64,000 bases of DNA from Hyalangium minutum. Lineage in GTDB: Bacteria; Myxococcota; Myxococcia; Myxococcales; Myxococcaceae. The translations under genes were made by a program, and so were the position numbers. How positions within the stretch are numbered: position 1 is the first letter of the stretch; each line of letters starts with the position of its first letter. Of this stretch, positions 1 to 9,778 are shown one piece after another. The stretch lies in NCBI RefSeq assembly GCF_000737315.1, contig NZ_JMCB01000034.1, positions 62,001 to 126,000 on the forward strand, given 5' to 3'. The notes beneath the pieces were generated by a model, which made no database searches, had not been told where the DNA came from, and was given only the letters and a program-made list of their open reading frames with translations.

Positions 1-584
1 GAGTTCGGGCCAGAGGAGAGCGGATCATCCAGGCCCACGCCCGCCATGCTGGACGGGGGCGGGAGCGGACGGTTGCCCTCGGGACCAGCGAACGGCGCGG
101 AGTTCGGGATGTTGGAGGGGGTGGACGTGGGGGCCGGAGCGGCCACGCCGCCCTGAGCAGGCAGCGCGGGCGAGCCCGACAGGGAGGACGGAGCGGGCGC
201 GGACACCGAGGACGGAGTGGGCTCAGGAGCGGGCTCGGGCACCACCGGGCTGATGGAGTGGCTGCTGCTGGAGGAAGCGGGAGGCTCCTCCGGCGTCGGC
301 GGGGTCACCGTCGGATCGTCCACGGGCGGCGCATCGAACGGAGATGGCGTGGACGTGGACGAGGGCGCCGTCGTGGGCGCCGCGGTGGCGGGCGTGTTCT
401 TGCCCTTCTTCAGGCCCTTGCCAGCCTTGGCCTTGGCCTTGGCCTTGGCGTCTCCCGCGGCAGCCTTCGGCGGCTTGGCCGGAGCCTGCGCCTCGGCAGC
501 ACCCGACCCCAGCCCCACAGCGAGGCAGAGGGCGAGTGAGAGGCGCAGCAGGCCGCGCGTCTGGCGCTGCCCAGAGAGGACCAT
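1..584 (-). CDS. Exported Pro/Ser/Ala-rich protein, N-terminal part only (runs off the window's left edge)
   Basis: ATG at 584 (minus) reads MVLSGQRQTRGLLRLSLALCLAVGLGSGAAEAQAPAKPPK..., a signal peptide then a low-complexity linker. No stop before base 1, so it is absent from the ORF track. Confidence 0.7.
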   Translation of the reverse strand, partial: MVLSGQRQTRGLLRLSLALCLAVGLGSGAAEAQAPAKPPKAAAGDAKAKAKAKAGKGLKKGKNTPATAAPTTAPSSTSTPSPFDAPPVDDPTVTPPTPEEPPASSSSSHSISPVVPEPAPEPTPSSVSAPAPSSLSGSPALPAQGGVAAPAPTSTPSNIPNSAPFAGPEGNRPLPPPSSMAGVGLDDPLSSGPN

Positions 585-847
585 GGCCGCGACACGGCGC
601 GACCAACTCATTCCAGTCGAGTGCATCATTCTCACGTCCGCTAGTGGAGAGCGTTGGAGCCCCCTCCAACCCAGAGTCTGGCTCAAACGCCCGAACTGTC
701 AGATTCAAGTTACCCTACTGCATTGATGTGAGCCAAGTGCAGGACCAAACCTGCCCGGGAGCCGCATCCCCTACCCCCCCGCCGGACCAGATGACGCGGC
801 GCGAGGAGGCCCCGCCGCGGGCCCACGCCGCGACCCCACCCTTTGGA

Positions 848-882
848 TTCCCCCTCCACCTCCACCTGATGGGTAGGGGGAA
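848..882 (-). terminator. Intergenic hairpin downstream of the binding-protein gene
   Basis: Perfect 8-bp inverted repeat TTCCCCCT (848-855) / AGGGGGAA (875-882); no clear U-tract. Confidence 0.3.
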
Positions 883-953
883 CACTTGACTCATCCTACC
901 TGAACGGGCGGATCACCGCCCGAGCCCTGCCCCTGCTCTGTCACGGTCCCATG

Positions 954-1850
954 TCAGTCGTCCGGCTGCTCGTCGGAGACGTCCATCGCCGTGGTGAAGT
1001 TGGGCAGCACCGGGTTGAGCTCGCCGGAGGTGACGAGCGCGTCCGTGTCCACCCGCAGTGTGGGCGAGTCGACGATGACGGGCTGGCGGCGCGGCGGGCC
1101 CTGCTGGACGAGCTTGCGGAAGTCCTCGAAGTCCTTGGACTGCATCTTCACGAAGGCGCTGAAGGGCGCCACGGCCCCCAACTTCGGCAGGCTCTCCTCC
1201 AGATCCTCACCGTGCAGCGTCACCAGCACCGCGCCGGGGACCTTGGCGCTGCGGTAGAGCACCTTGGCGTCCTTGGGCGCGTGCGACAGCGGGACGAGCG
1301 CGGCCTCGGCACCCTTGGCCTCGAGCATCTTCAGCGCGGACTCCACGTTGGGCACGGACACCAGCTTGAAGTGCTTCTGCGCGTCCAGGTCGCCCGCGAA
1401 GATGACGTTGGAGACGAACTTCGGATCCGAGGGCCCCGCACCCTTGGCGATCGCCAGCCGCTTGCCGGACAGATCCTTCACGGCGCCCTTACCGTAGGAG
1501 ATGACGGCCCAGCGCTGCGCGGTGTCCCCCGAGAGCGCGGCGAACGCCACCGGGGTGGCCTTGGAGCCCAGCTGTACCGCGGCCCAGCCGTCCACCACGG
1601 CGAAGTCCAGGCTTCCGTCGGAAATGGCCTTGGAGAAGTCCTCGTAGCGGCCGAAGCTCTTGGCCGCCACGGTGTCCCCCAGCGAGGTGCCGAGCTGCGC
1701 CGCCAGCTTCTCGGCGAACTGGAAGCGCTCCTGGCCATCCGCCAGGCTGGTGGGCAGGAAGACGCCCAGGGTGGTCTTCTTCTGGGCCCACGCGGAGGGT
1801 GCAAAGGCACACACCAGCAGGAGCCCGATCAACAAGCGTGCGGTCTTCAT
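954..1850 (-). CDS. Periplasmic binding protein, PhnD/SsuA (phosphonate-binding-like) fold
   Basis: 298 aa with signal peptide; 'GRYEDFSKAISDGSLDFAVVDG' and 'VKDLSGKRLAI' are typical PBP type 2 segments; ATGA overlap with the TPR gene. Confidence 0.7.
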   Translation of the reverse strand: MKTARLLIGLLLVCAFAPSAWAQKKTTLGVFLPTSLADGQERFQFAEKLAAQLGTSLGDTVAAKSFGRYEDFSKAISDGSLDFAVVDGWAAVQLGSKATPVAFAALSGDTAQRWAVISYGKGAVKDLSGKRLAIAKGAGPSDPKFVSNVIFAGDLDAQKHFKLVSVPNVESALKMLEAKGAEAALVPLSHAPKDAKVLYRSAKVPGAVLVTLHGEDLEESLPKLGAVAPFSAFVKMQSKDFEDFRKLVQQGPPRRQPVIVDSPTLRVDTDALVTSGELNPVLPNFTTAMDVSDEQPDD

Positions 1851-4381
1851 GGCAGGGTCTCCGTGGCGGTGGCCTCGTTGGTGTTGGAGTCGGTGTCGGA
1901 CGCGCCGCCCCTCAAGTCATAGAGAGATTCGAGGCGATCCTTCCACTCCTTCACGACGGCCATGCGCGGGCCACCACTCGAGGACAGGTAGCGCCGGTAG
2001 GACGCCACCGCGTCGGGGATGTCGTTGCGGCGCTCCTGGGCGTCGATGCCCAGGTTGAGCGTGGCCGTGGAGACGGAGGCCTCCAGCTTGCGCCACTCGG
2101 TCACGGCGGCAGCCATCTTGCCCTGGCGGTACGCCACGCAGGCCAGGTTGTGCTGGAGGGTGGCGTTGTCCGGCTCGGTGGCGAGCGCGGCCTTGAAGGA
2201 CTTCTCCGCCAGCTTGAAGTTGCCCGCGGTGTACGCGCGCTCACCCTCGAGCCGGTTGAGCGAGTACGAGAGCGAGGCGATCCACTTGGCCTGCCAGGGC
2301 GAGGGCTTCTTGGAGGCCACGGCCAGCATCTTGCGCGCTTGGGGCACCTGCTCCTTGCGGTAGAGGAGATAGGCCTCGGTGAGCGCACGGGTGTTGGCCG
2401 CGGCCCAGCGGGGCGTCGGGGTGAACGCCTTCTTCAGCGCCGCCGTCGCGTCCCCAAAGCGCTTGTCCTCCGCGTACACCAGCGAGCGGGTGAAGGCGGC
2501 CAGCTTGGCCAGCTCCGGCTGCTTGGCCAGCGGGAACTTCTCCGCCAGCTCCACGTCCCGCTGCGCCGATGCGGCGTCGCCCCTCTCCAGGCTGTCCAGC
2601 GCGCGGCGCAACTGCAGCAGCGGCAGGTTGGCCTGCGCCAGCTCGCGGGCCGTCGTCGAGTTGACCTGCTGCGAGAGCCGCTCCACGGCCTCGTTCACCC
2701 GCCCCAGCTCCACCTCGGCGAGCGCGGCGCCCACGGACACGTCCTCCATCTCCGCGGGCTTCTCCGTCAGCTTTCCGGCCTGCTCGAAGGACTCGAGCGA
2801 CTTCTGAGCGTCCCCAGCACCGTGGCGGGCGTAGCCCAGCAGCCAGTGCTCGCGCCAGGTGGCGCCCTGCAGCGTCACGCCCTGCTCCAGCACCATGCGC
2901 GCCCCGGCGAAGTCCCGCTTCTGCAGCAGCGCGGCGCCCAGGCGGCGGGCCATGGGAGCGCTGCGCTCCAGGTCAAACGCACGGCGCAGATCGCGCACGG
3001 CATCATCCAGCCGGTTCGTCTGCGCGCGGCCCTGAGCGCGGTGCGCCAGCGAGCGGGCCAGCCACCGGGTGGCCGTCGGGTTGCCCGGGGCCACGTTGAG
3101 CGCGTTGGTGTAGTCCTCGATGGCCTGGTCCCACTGGCCCGTGGCGAAGTGGTCCGCGCCCAGCAGGTTGTAGCCGAGCGGCTGCCGGGGGGCGAGCTCC
3201 ACCACGCGCCGGTGCACCTCGACGGCGCGCTGGAAGTTGCCAGCGCGGCGGTTCACGGAGCCCAGCGAGGCCCAAAGTTCCAGGTTGTTGCCGCCGGCCT
3301 GCACCGCGGCCTCCAGGTAGCGGATGGCCTCCTCGTTGCGGCCCTGCGCCTGCAGCGCCTTGCCCACGGCGATCTGCGCGGGCACCAGGCCAGGGGCCAG
3401 CTGGAGCACCTTGCGGAACTCGGCCTCAGCCTCGGTGGACTTCTTCTGCGCCAGCCGCACGTCACCCAGCAGCAGGTGGGCCGCGGGGGTGCTGCCCAGC
3501 TTCACCAGGGCCACCGCCTGCGTCTCCGCGCCCTGCACATCGCCGGCGTTCAGCAGCATGCGCCCGAGGCGCTCCTTGGGCTCGGGGGCCTGGGGGAACT
3601 TGGTGACCAGGCCCTGCACCAGCGCCTGCGCCTCCTTGGGCTTGCCCTCCATCTCCAGCACGGCGGCCATGCCCATCTGCACCGAGGCCGACTCCGGCCG
3701 GCCCGTCTGCGCCTTCTGGAACGAGGCGCGCGCCGAGGCCGCGTCCTTGCGAATCAGGTGCGCCTTGCCGATGAGCTCATGGATCTGGAAGTCGTTGGCC
3801 GCCAGCTTCTCTGGGCGCTGCGCCAGGTAGCGCTGGAGCTTGGCGATGGCCAGGTCCCCTCGCTGCTCATAGAGGTAGTAGGTGCCCAGGTAGTAGCTGA
3901 CGATGAGGTAGTCGGGCTTGTCCGAGGTGGACACCTGCTCCAGCAGCGGGATGGCCTCCGGGTAGCGGCGCAGCTTGAAGTACGCCACGGCCAGCGGGTA
4001 GGCCACGGCCAGCTCGGTGGGGTTGGCCGTCAGCACCGGCTGCAGCTTCTCCACCACGCGGGCGTGGTCCTGCAGCGTGTTGGCCACGGTGCCCAGCCCG
4101 GCGGCGGCCCCCAGGTTCGTGGGGTCCGTGGCGAGCGCCTGCTCATAGAGCTGGAGCGCCTTGCGGTACTTCTCCTCGGCGTCCTTCTTGTTGCCCGAGG
4201 TGACGGCGGCGCTGGCGGAGACCTGGGCGGCGTCCCCCTCCTGCACCATCCGCTGGGACTCCGTGAGCGGCGGCGGCCGGTACTGGGCCAGGGCCGGCGT
4301 GCCAACGAACGCGTTGGCAACAACGAGCGCCGCGACGAGGCGGCGCACTGCGGTTCGAGAGAGGCGTCTCATGGGGTTCAA
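1847..4381 (-). CDS. Large exported TPR-repeat protein
   Basis: 844 aa, signal peptide (VGTPALA-Q), many 34-aa TPR units (e.g. AHLLLGDVRLAQKKSTEAEAEFRKVLQLAP). Confidence 0.85.
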   Translation of the reverse strand: MNPMRRLSRTAVRRLVAALVVANAFVGTPALAQYRPPPLTESQRMVQEGDAAQVSASAAVTSGNKKDAEEKYRKALQLYEQALATDPTNLGAAAGLGTVANTLQDHARVVEKLQPVLTANPTELAVAYPLAVAYFKLRRYPEAIPLLEQVSTSDKPDYLIVSYYLGTYYLYEQRGDLAIAKLQRYLAQRPEKLAANDFQIHELIGKAHLIRKDAASARASFQKAQTGRPESASVQMGMAAVLEMEGKPKEAQALVQGLVTKFPQAPEPKERLGRMLLNAGDVQGAETQAVALVKLGSTPAAHLLLGDVRLAQKKSTEAEAEFRKVLQLAPGLVPAQIAVGKALQAQGRNEEAIRYLEAAVQAGGNNLELWASLGSVNRRAGNFQRAVEVHRRVVELAPRQPLGYNLLGADHFATGQWDQAIEDYTNALNVAPGNPTATRWLARSLAHRAQGRAQTNRLDDAVRDLRRAFDLERSAPMARRLGAALLQKRDFAGARMVLEQGVTLQGATWREHWLLGYARHGAGDAQKSLESFEQAGKLTEKPAEMEDVSVGAALAEVELGRVNEAVERLSQQVNSTTARELAQANLPLLQLRRALDSLERGDAASAQRDVELAEKFPLAKQPELAKLAAFTRSLVYAEDKRFGDATAALKKAFTPTPRWAAANTRALTEAYLLYRKEQVPQARKMLAVASKKPSPWQAKWIASLSYSLNRLEGERAYTAGNFKLAEKSFKAALATEPDNATLQHNLACVAYRQGKMAAAVTEWRKLEASVSTATLNLGIDAQERRNDIPDAVASYRRYLSSSGGPRMAVVKEWKDRLESLYDLRGGASDTDSNTNEATATETLP

Positions 4382-4384
4382 GGG

Positions 4385-6175
4385 CTAGGAGGCAGGGCTG
4401 AACTCGGCGACGACGACGGTGATGTCATCGCGCTGGGGCTGGCCGGCGCTGAAGGCGCGCACGTCCGCGAGGATGGCATCGCGCAGACCCTCGGCCGACT
4501 GCTGGGAGTTGGCCTGCACGGTGGCGCTCAGGCGCTGGTTGCCGTAGAGCTTGCCGGCGGCATCGCGGGCCTCGGTGAGGCCGTCCGAGAACCAGACGAC
4601 GATGTCACCGGGGCGCAGCTGCGCCTGGCGCGACGAGTACTGCGACGCCACCGAGGCGCCCAGCAGCGGGCCGCGCGCGGGCAGCGAGGCGAACTGGCCG
4701 GCCACACGGTTGTAGACGCAGGCCGCCGGGTGGCCACCGGCCGCGTAGTCGATGAAGCCCGTCTGCGTGTCGATGACCGCGAGCGCGCTGGACATCTGGT
4801 ACTCGCCGCGGCCCAGGTGGGCCAGGGTGATGTTGAGCGCGCTGATGAGCACCTGGGAGTTGAGCTGATCCGGCTCGCGCATCGTCATGGCCGAGGCGAA
4901 CCCGCTGGTCGCGCTCGTGGCCACCAGCGCCGTGGAGAGGCCGTGGCCCGTCACGTCGCCGATGCCAATGGCCACGCGCTGCTCATCCAGCGGCGCGCGG
5001 AACCACCAGTCACCACCGCACGCATCCGCCGTCACCACCACGCCAGCGATGCGCAGCGGGCCCACCTGCAGCGCCTCGCGGCCCGGAGACAGCGTCTCCT
5101 GAACCGTGCGCGCCAGCGACATCTCGCGCTCCAACTGCGCCTTGACGCGCACGTCCTCGAGCAGGACCTTGATGCGCTCGGCCATGTGGTTGAACACCAC
5201 GCCCAGGGTGCGCACCTCACGGCCCGCGCCGGAGGCCTGCCCGGTGCTGCGCGCGTTGAGATCGCCCGCGGCCAGCTGCATCACCTTCCTCGTGAGCACG
5301 CCGAGCGGCCGGGTCACGCGGTGGCTCTGGATGGCCACCAGCACACTGGCAAACACCATGAAGCCGAGACCGAGGACCAGGGAGATGATCAGCGTCTTGC
5401 TCAGCGCCTCGCTCTTGCTGTCCACCAGCAGCTTGATCTGCTCCTCGAGGGCGGCCTGCGAGTAGCTGATGACGATGAGCCCGCTGCCCACCTGCGAGCC
5501 GTAGTCGAGCTTCTCCTGGAACTCGAACACAGGCTGGTTGTTGAAGAAGGCCGTGCCTGCGCCCTGGACCGCGGATCGTCCGTCGAAGGGCTTGGTGACC
5601 TGCTCATCGTTGGAGCTGCCCATCAACGTGCCGTTCGCGTCGTAGATCTGGACGCGGAGGATGTTCTTGTTGGACTTGACGATGGACTTCGTCACGTCCC
5701 GGAAGAATCCGTAGTCGTTGTCGCGCACCGCCGTGGTGGAGGTGACCGCCAGGGCCTGGCTCACGGTCTGACCGAGCTCCTGGGCCTGCGTCTGCACCTG
5801 CCGGGTGAACTGCTCGGCGGTCTCCTCGAACTGGTTGCGCGTGGAGATGAAGGACAGCGTGGCGATCATTCCCACGATGAGGATCACCAACAGGCCCGTG
5901 GACATCAGCAGGATCTGATCCAGCCGCATGCCCTTGATGGAGGCCACATCCGGCAGCTCGCCGGCCTCGAGCGGCGCGACGATGGTGCCCGTCATCTCTC
6001 CCGCGACCGGCGTCGCCATCGTGGTGCTGGTGAACTGGATGGATTGATGGGAGGAAGTCGGCTCGATCGGGTTGGCCCCGGTGAAGGTCCCTTCACGGGC
6101 AGCCGGAATCGAGGTCTGCGAGGCGTCTTCAGGTACAGCACTGAGGCGCGAGGTCGTCTTGTTAGCCAAGGGCAC
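4385..6175 (-). CDS. Membrane PP2C/SpoIIE-type protein phosphatase with extracytoplasmic sensor and HAMP
   Basis: Two TM segments, HAMP (TRPLGVLTRKVMQLAAGDL...EVRTLGVVFNHM), metal motifs GGD, GDVTGHG, SDGLTE, DDIT. True start may be downstream of 6175. Confidence 0.88.
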   Translation of the reverse strand: MPLANKTTSRLSAVPEDASQTSIPAAREGTFTGANPIEPTSSHQSIQFTSTTMATPVAGEMTGTIVAPLEAGELPDVASIKGMRLDQILLMSTGLLVILIVGMIATLSFISTRNQFEETAEQFTRQVQTQAQELGQTVSQALAVTSTTAVRDNDYGFFRDVTKSIVKSNKNILRVQIYDANGTLMGSSNDEQVTKPFDGRSAVQGAGTAFFNNQPVFEFQEKLDYGSQVGSGLIVISYSQAALEEQIKLLVDSKSEALSKTLIISLVLGLGFMVFASVLVAIQSHRVTRPLGVLTRKVMQLAAGDLNARSTGQASGAGREVRTLGVVFNHMAERIKVLLEDVRVKAQLEREMSLARTVQETLSPGREALQVGPLRIAGVVVTADACGGDWWFRAPLDEQRVAIGIGDVTGHGLSTALVATSATSGFASAMTMREPDQLNSQVLISALNITLAHLGRGEYQMSSALAVIDTQTGFIDYAAGGHPAACVYNRVAGQFASLPARGPLLGASVASQYSSRQAQLRPGDIVVWFSDGLTEARDAAGKLYGNQRLSATVQANSQQSAEGLRDAILADVRAFSAGQPQRDDITVVVAEFSPAS

Positions 6176-6319
6176 ACCTGTCTACGGGGCCGCGTAGAAA
6201 ACGCGGGCTGTCGGTAGAAGTGGCGGGACTGTAGCTTACTTCTGCGAGAGTGCGAGCCCCTGCCCCCCCTGCCTGCAGCCAGCCGCCACGCGGATTAGGA
6301 TGAGTCTACCAGTTCCACC

Positions 6320-7480
6320 ATGACCCTACGCTTCAGGGTGGTCGGCTTCCCCGTCCAGGTCCACCCGCTCTTCCTCCTCACCGCATTGGCCGCCGGTATC
6401 ACCGGGTGGTGGACCCCTGGGCGCCTGGCGGTGTGGTGCGGTGTCGTCTTTCTCTCGGTGCTGATCCACGAGCTGGGCCACGCACTGGCGTTCCGGCGCT
6501 TCGGCCACGGCGCGAGCATCTCCCTGCACGGGCTGGGGGGGACGACCTCGAGCACAGGGGGCCGGACCCTCACCCACCGGCAGGATCTGTGGCTGTCGCT
6601 GGCCGGGCCCGGGGCGGGCTTCCTCCTGGGGGGCGCGGTGCTGGCGCTCCAGCGCTTCACGCCTGTGGGGCAGGCAGGCGGGCTCGTGGGCTACGCCGTG
6701 GGCGCGCTCCTCTGGGCGAACTTCGGCTGGGGCATCCTCAACTTGATGCCGATCCTTCCTTTGGATGGAGGCCACGCCCTGGCGGCAGTGATCCGTCACC
6801 GCGGCGGCAACCGCTACGAGTGGCTCATTCGCGGCATCTCGCTCGCAACAGCGGTGACGGGCCTGGTGCTCGCCATTGTCTGGAGAAATTACTGGCTGGG
6901 AGGCTTCGCGCTCGTGCTCGGCGTGCTGAACCTGGAGCCGTTCCTCCGGGCGTGGGTGGAGCGGGGCTACATGCGGAAGATCCGGCACGCCTCCCAGCGC
7001 CAGCGCCCCACCGTCGACTCGCACGAGGCCTCCGCCAGCATCGAAGGATTTCTCGCGCAGCTGCGTCCACGCCCGGGTACCTCGCGGCGCACGTCTGCGC
7101 CTCCGCCTCCGCCTCCGCCAGCGCCCCAGCGAGCCTCCCACCCCGAGCCGGAGCTCTCCGAACTCCCCCTCGGCTCCCAGTTCATGGGCGAGTGGCTGCT
7201 GGGCAACGGTCTGCCGGAGCTGGCCCTCCCGTCGCTGCGGACCGCCTTCGCCGAGGCGGCCACGTCGCAGACGGGCCATGCGCTCGCCACCGCGCTGCTG
7301 GAGGCGAAGCGCTACCCGGAGTTGAGCCAGCTGCTCGCCAGCCCGGGCGCGGCGCACCTGGGAGACGAGACCCTGCAGCTCATCGCCACTCGCGCCGAGG
7401 CCGCCGGACAGTCCGCGCTCGCCACCCGGGCCCGCGAGCTGCGTCAAGGCCGTACCTCGGCTCGCGCGCCGCGCGCATGA
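6320..7480 (+). CDS. Site-2 protease (peptidase M50) with C-terminal Pro-rich/helical extension
   Basis: HELGH zinc motif, SLAGP, NLMPILPLDGG, multiple TM segments. Confidence 0.9.
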   Translation: MTLRFRVVGFPVQVHPLFLLTALAAGITGWWTPGRLAVWCGVVFLSVLIHELGHALAFRRFGHGASISLHGLGGTTSSTGGRTLTHRQDLWLSLAGPGAGFLLGGAVLALQRFTPVGQAGGLVGYAVGALLWANFGWGILNLMPILPLDGGHALAAVIRHRGGNRYEWLIRGISLATAVTGLVLAIVWRNYWLGGFALVLGVLNLEPFLRAWVERGYMRKIRHASQRQRPTVDSHEASASIEGFLAQLRPRPGTSRRTSAPPPPPPPAPQRASHPEPELSELPLGSQFMGEWLLGNGLPELALPSLRTAFAEAATSQTGHALATALLEAKRYPELSQLLASPGAAHLGDETLQLIATRAEAAGQSALATRARELRQGRTSARAPRA

Positions 7481-7623
7481 CTGCGAGAAGACCGGCTGAT
7501 TGCCGCACCGCGCCACGTGCGGGGCATTTCCAGACTGGCGGACATCTGCCGTCTTGGGAGGCTTGAGTCGACCCGGAGCGGTTGGGGTATAGGGGCCTCC
7601 CCACCTTTCTCAGGACCCCCCGC

Positions 7624-8637
7624 GTGTCACGACCCCGCTTGATCAACCGCGAAGACGCGTCCGCATCTCTTACGCTCGATCGCGAGCTGCTCGTCCGGAT
7701 CCACGACTTGATGGTGAAGACGCGCGTGCTCGAGGAGCGCCTCATCCAGATGTACAAGCAGGGCCACGGCTATTTCTGGATCGGTGGCCCCGGCGAGGAG
7801 GCGTTCAACGTCCCACTCGGCCTGCTGATGAAGAAGGGCCAGGGCCTGGACTACGACTACCTGCACGCGCACTACCGCCAGTCCGGCACGCTGCTGGCCA
7901 TGGGCGAGGAGCCCATCGGGGCGCTGCGGCAGATGAAGAACACGGCCTCGGATCCGTACTCGGGCGGCCGCAACTTCGCGGGCCACTTCTCCAAGAAGGA
8001 GTGGAACATCGCCCCGGTGTCCTCGCCCATCGAGGTGCAGTACTCCATCGCGCCGGGCACGGCCATGGCCCAGAAGCGCCACGGCGGCGACGGCATCACC
8101 ATCGTCACCGGCGGTGACGCGGGCACGGCCGAGGGCGATTTCGCCTCGTGCCTGGTGTGGAGCAGCCGCCCCGCCAACCCGCTGCCCATCCTCATCATCG
8201 TCACCAACAACAAGTGGGGCATCTCCACCACGTCCGACGGGCAGCACGGCGAGACGCGCATCGCTGACCGGGCGCGGGCCTTCAACATCCGCAGCAAGAC
8301 GATCAACGGCAACGATCCGATCGAGTCCTATCGCGAGATCAAGGAGGCGATGGACTACGTACGCACCGAGCGCAAGCCGTACATGATCGAGTCCCTGGTG
8401 TCCCGGCTGTACGGGCACTCGTCCGCCTCGGGCGCCAACTTCGTGACCAACGAGGTGGACTGCCTCAAGGAGTTCGAGGTGAAGCTGGAGAAGGAGGGCA
8501 TCCTGACGCGCGAGCAGATGGACACCCTGCGCAACCGCTACACCGAGGAGCTGGCCGCCGCCGCCCGCCAGGTGCGCGACGAGCCGCTGCCGGGCCCCGA
8601 GACCATCTGGAACCACATCTACGCGGAGAAGAAGTAA
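7624..8637 (+). CDS. 2-oxoacid (probably branched-chain) dehydrogenase E1 alpha subunit
   Basis: TPP motif GDAGTAEGDF...NNKWGIS and RLYGHSS; GTG start at 7624 chosen within ORF 7582..8637; followed 2 nt later by E1 beta. Confidence 0.9.
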   Translation: MSRPRLINREDASASLTLDRELLVRIHDLMVKTRVLEERLIQMYKQGHGYFWIGGPGEEAFNVPLGLLMKKGQGLDYDYLHAHYRQSGTLLAMGEEPIGALRQMKNTASDPYSGGRNFAGHFSKKEWNIAPVSSPIEVQYSIAPGTAMAQKRHGGDGITIVTGGDAGTAEGDFASCLVWSSRPANPLPILIIVTNNKWGISTTSDGQHGETRIADRARAFNIRSKTINGNDPIESYREIKEAMDYVRTERKPYMIESLVSRLYGHSSASGANFVTNEVDCLKEFEVKLEKEGILTREQMDTLRNRYTEELAAAARQVRDEPLPGPETIWNHIYAEKK

Positions 8638-8639
8638 CC

Positions 8640-9695
8640 ATGGCCAACATGGCACAGGCAGTCCGTATGGCCCTGCACTACGCCGAGGAGAACCTCGGTG
8701 TCATGGACATCTTCGGTGAGGACGTGGGCCCGCCGCTCGGTGGCGTCTTCACCGCCACGCAGGGTCTGAAGAACGCGTGGAACTCGCCGCTGGATGAGCG
8801 CGGCATCATCGGCACGGCGATTGGCCTCGCGATGGCGGGCCAGCGCCCCGTCGCGGAGATCCAGTTCGCCGACTACATCTACAACACCATCGATCTGCTG
8901 AAGATCGCGGGCAACACGCTCTGGTCGAGCAATGGCGACTGGAACCTGCCCATGGTGGTGAAGACGCCGGTGGGCAGCGGCATCCGCGGGTCCATCTACC
9001 ACTCGCACTCGTTCGACGCGACGGCCACCCACATCCCGGGCTGGAAGATCGTCATCCCGTCCAACCCGCTGGACGCGTACGGGCTGATGCTCGCGGCCTG
9101 CCAGGACCTCAACCCCGTCATGTACCTGGAGCCCAAGGCGCTGCTGCGCGTGAAGGGCGAGGAGCGCATCCCCGGCGAGCCGGACGACGACAAGCAGCTG
9201 TCGAAGATGATCGACGCGCCGCTGGGAGACCGCTCGGCGTGGAAGGCGCAGTGGCCCGCGCTGCAGCCGTACGTGGTGCCCATCGGCCAGGGCAAGGTGG
9301 TGCGCCAGGGCGATCAGGTGACGGTGGTCAGCTACGGCCGCACCCTGCCCCTGTGCGCCAAGGCGGCCGACACCCTGCGCGAGCAGGGCGTGAGCGCCGA
9401 GGTCATCGACCTGCGCACGCTGTGGCCGTACGACTGGGAGCTGATCAAGGGCTCCATCGAGAAGACGGGCCGCGTGCTGTTCGTGAACGAGGACACCGAG
9501 GTGACGAACTTCGGAGAGCACCTGATGCGCCGCACCGTGGAGGAGCTCTTCTACAAGCTGCTGGCGCCCCCTCGGCTGCTGGCCGGCAAGTTCGTGCCCG
9601 GCATCGGCCTGGCCGACACCCTGGAGATGGCCTCCGTTCCCCAGCAGGCGGACATCACCGAGGCCATCCAGAAGCTGGCCTCCGAGCAGCCGTAG
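8640..9695 (+). CDS. 2-oxoacid dehydrogenase E1 beta subunit
   Basis: GEDVG..GGVF, PLDERGIIG, EIQFADY, EVIDLRTLWPYD motifs. Confidence 0.92.
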   Translation: MANMAQAVRMALHYAEENLGVMDIFGEDVGPPLGGVFTATQGLKNAWNSPLDERGIIGTAIGLAMAGQRPVAEIQFADYIYNTIDLLKIAGNTLWSSNGDWNLPMVVKTPVGSGIRGSIYHSHSFDATATHIPGWKIVIPSNPLDAYGLMLAACQDLNPVMYLEPKALLRVKGEERIPGEPDDDKQLSKMIDAPLGDRSAWKAQWPALQPYVVPIGQGKVVRQGDQVTVVSYGRTLPLCAKAADTLREQGVSAEVIDLRTLWPYDWELIKGSIEKTGRVLFVNEDTEVTNFGEHLMRRTVEELFYKLLAPPRLLAGKFVPGIGLADTLEMASVPQQADITEAIQKLASEQP

Positions 9696-9721
9696 GCTCT
9701 CCCACATCGGTGTAAATCTTC

Positions 9722-9764
9722 GGGCCGCCGCTCCTAGGGTTGGAGGAGAGGCGGCCCTTTCGTT
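9722..9764 (+). terminator. Rho-independent terminator of the E1 alpha/beta operon
   Basis: GGGCCGCC (9722-9729) / GGCGGCCC (9750-9757) stem with inner CTCCT/AGGAG pairing, followed by TTTCGTT. Confidence 0.6.
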
Positions 9765-9778
9765 AGACTCCCTGGGCC

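Noticed and set aside
1799-6217. 1472-aa plus-strand ORF (also 10867..13902, 14834..17173, 31052..33382, 43772..47983 and similar)
   Set aside because: Antisense shadows of motif-bearing genes; high-GC codon bias removes stops on the opposite strand, and the translations show no recognisable domains.
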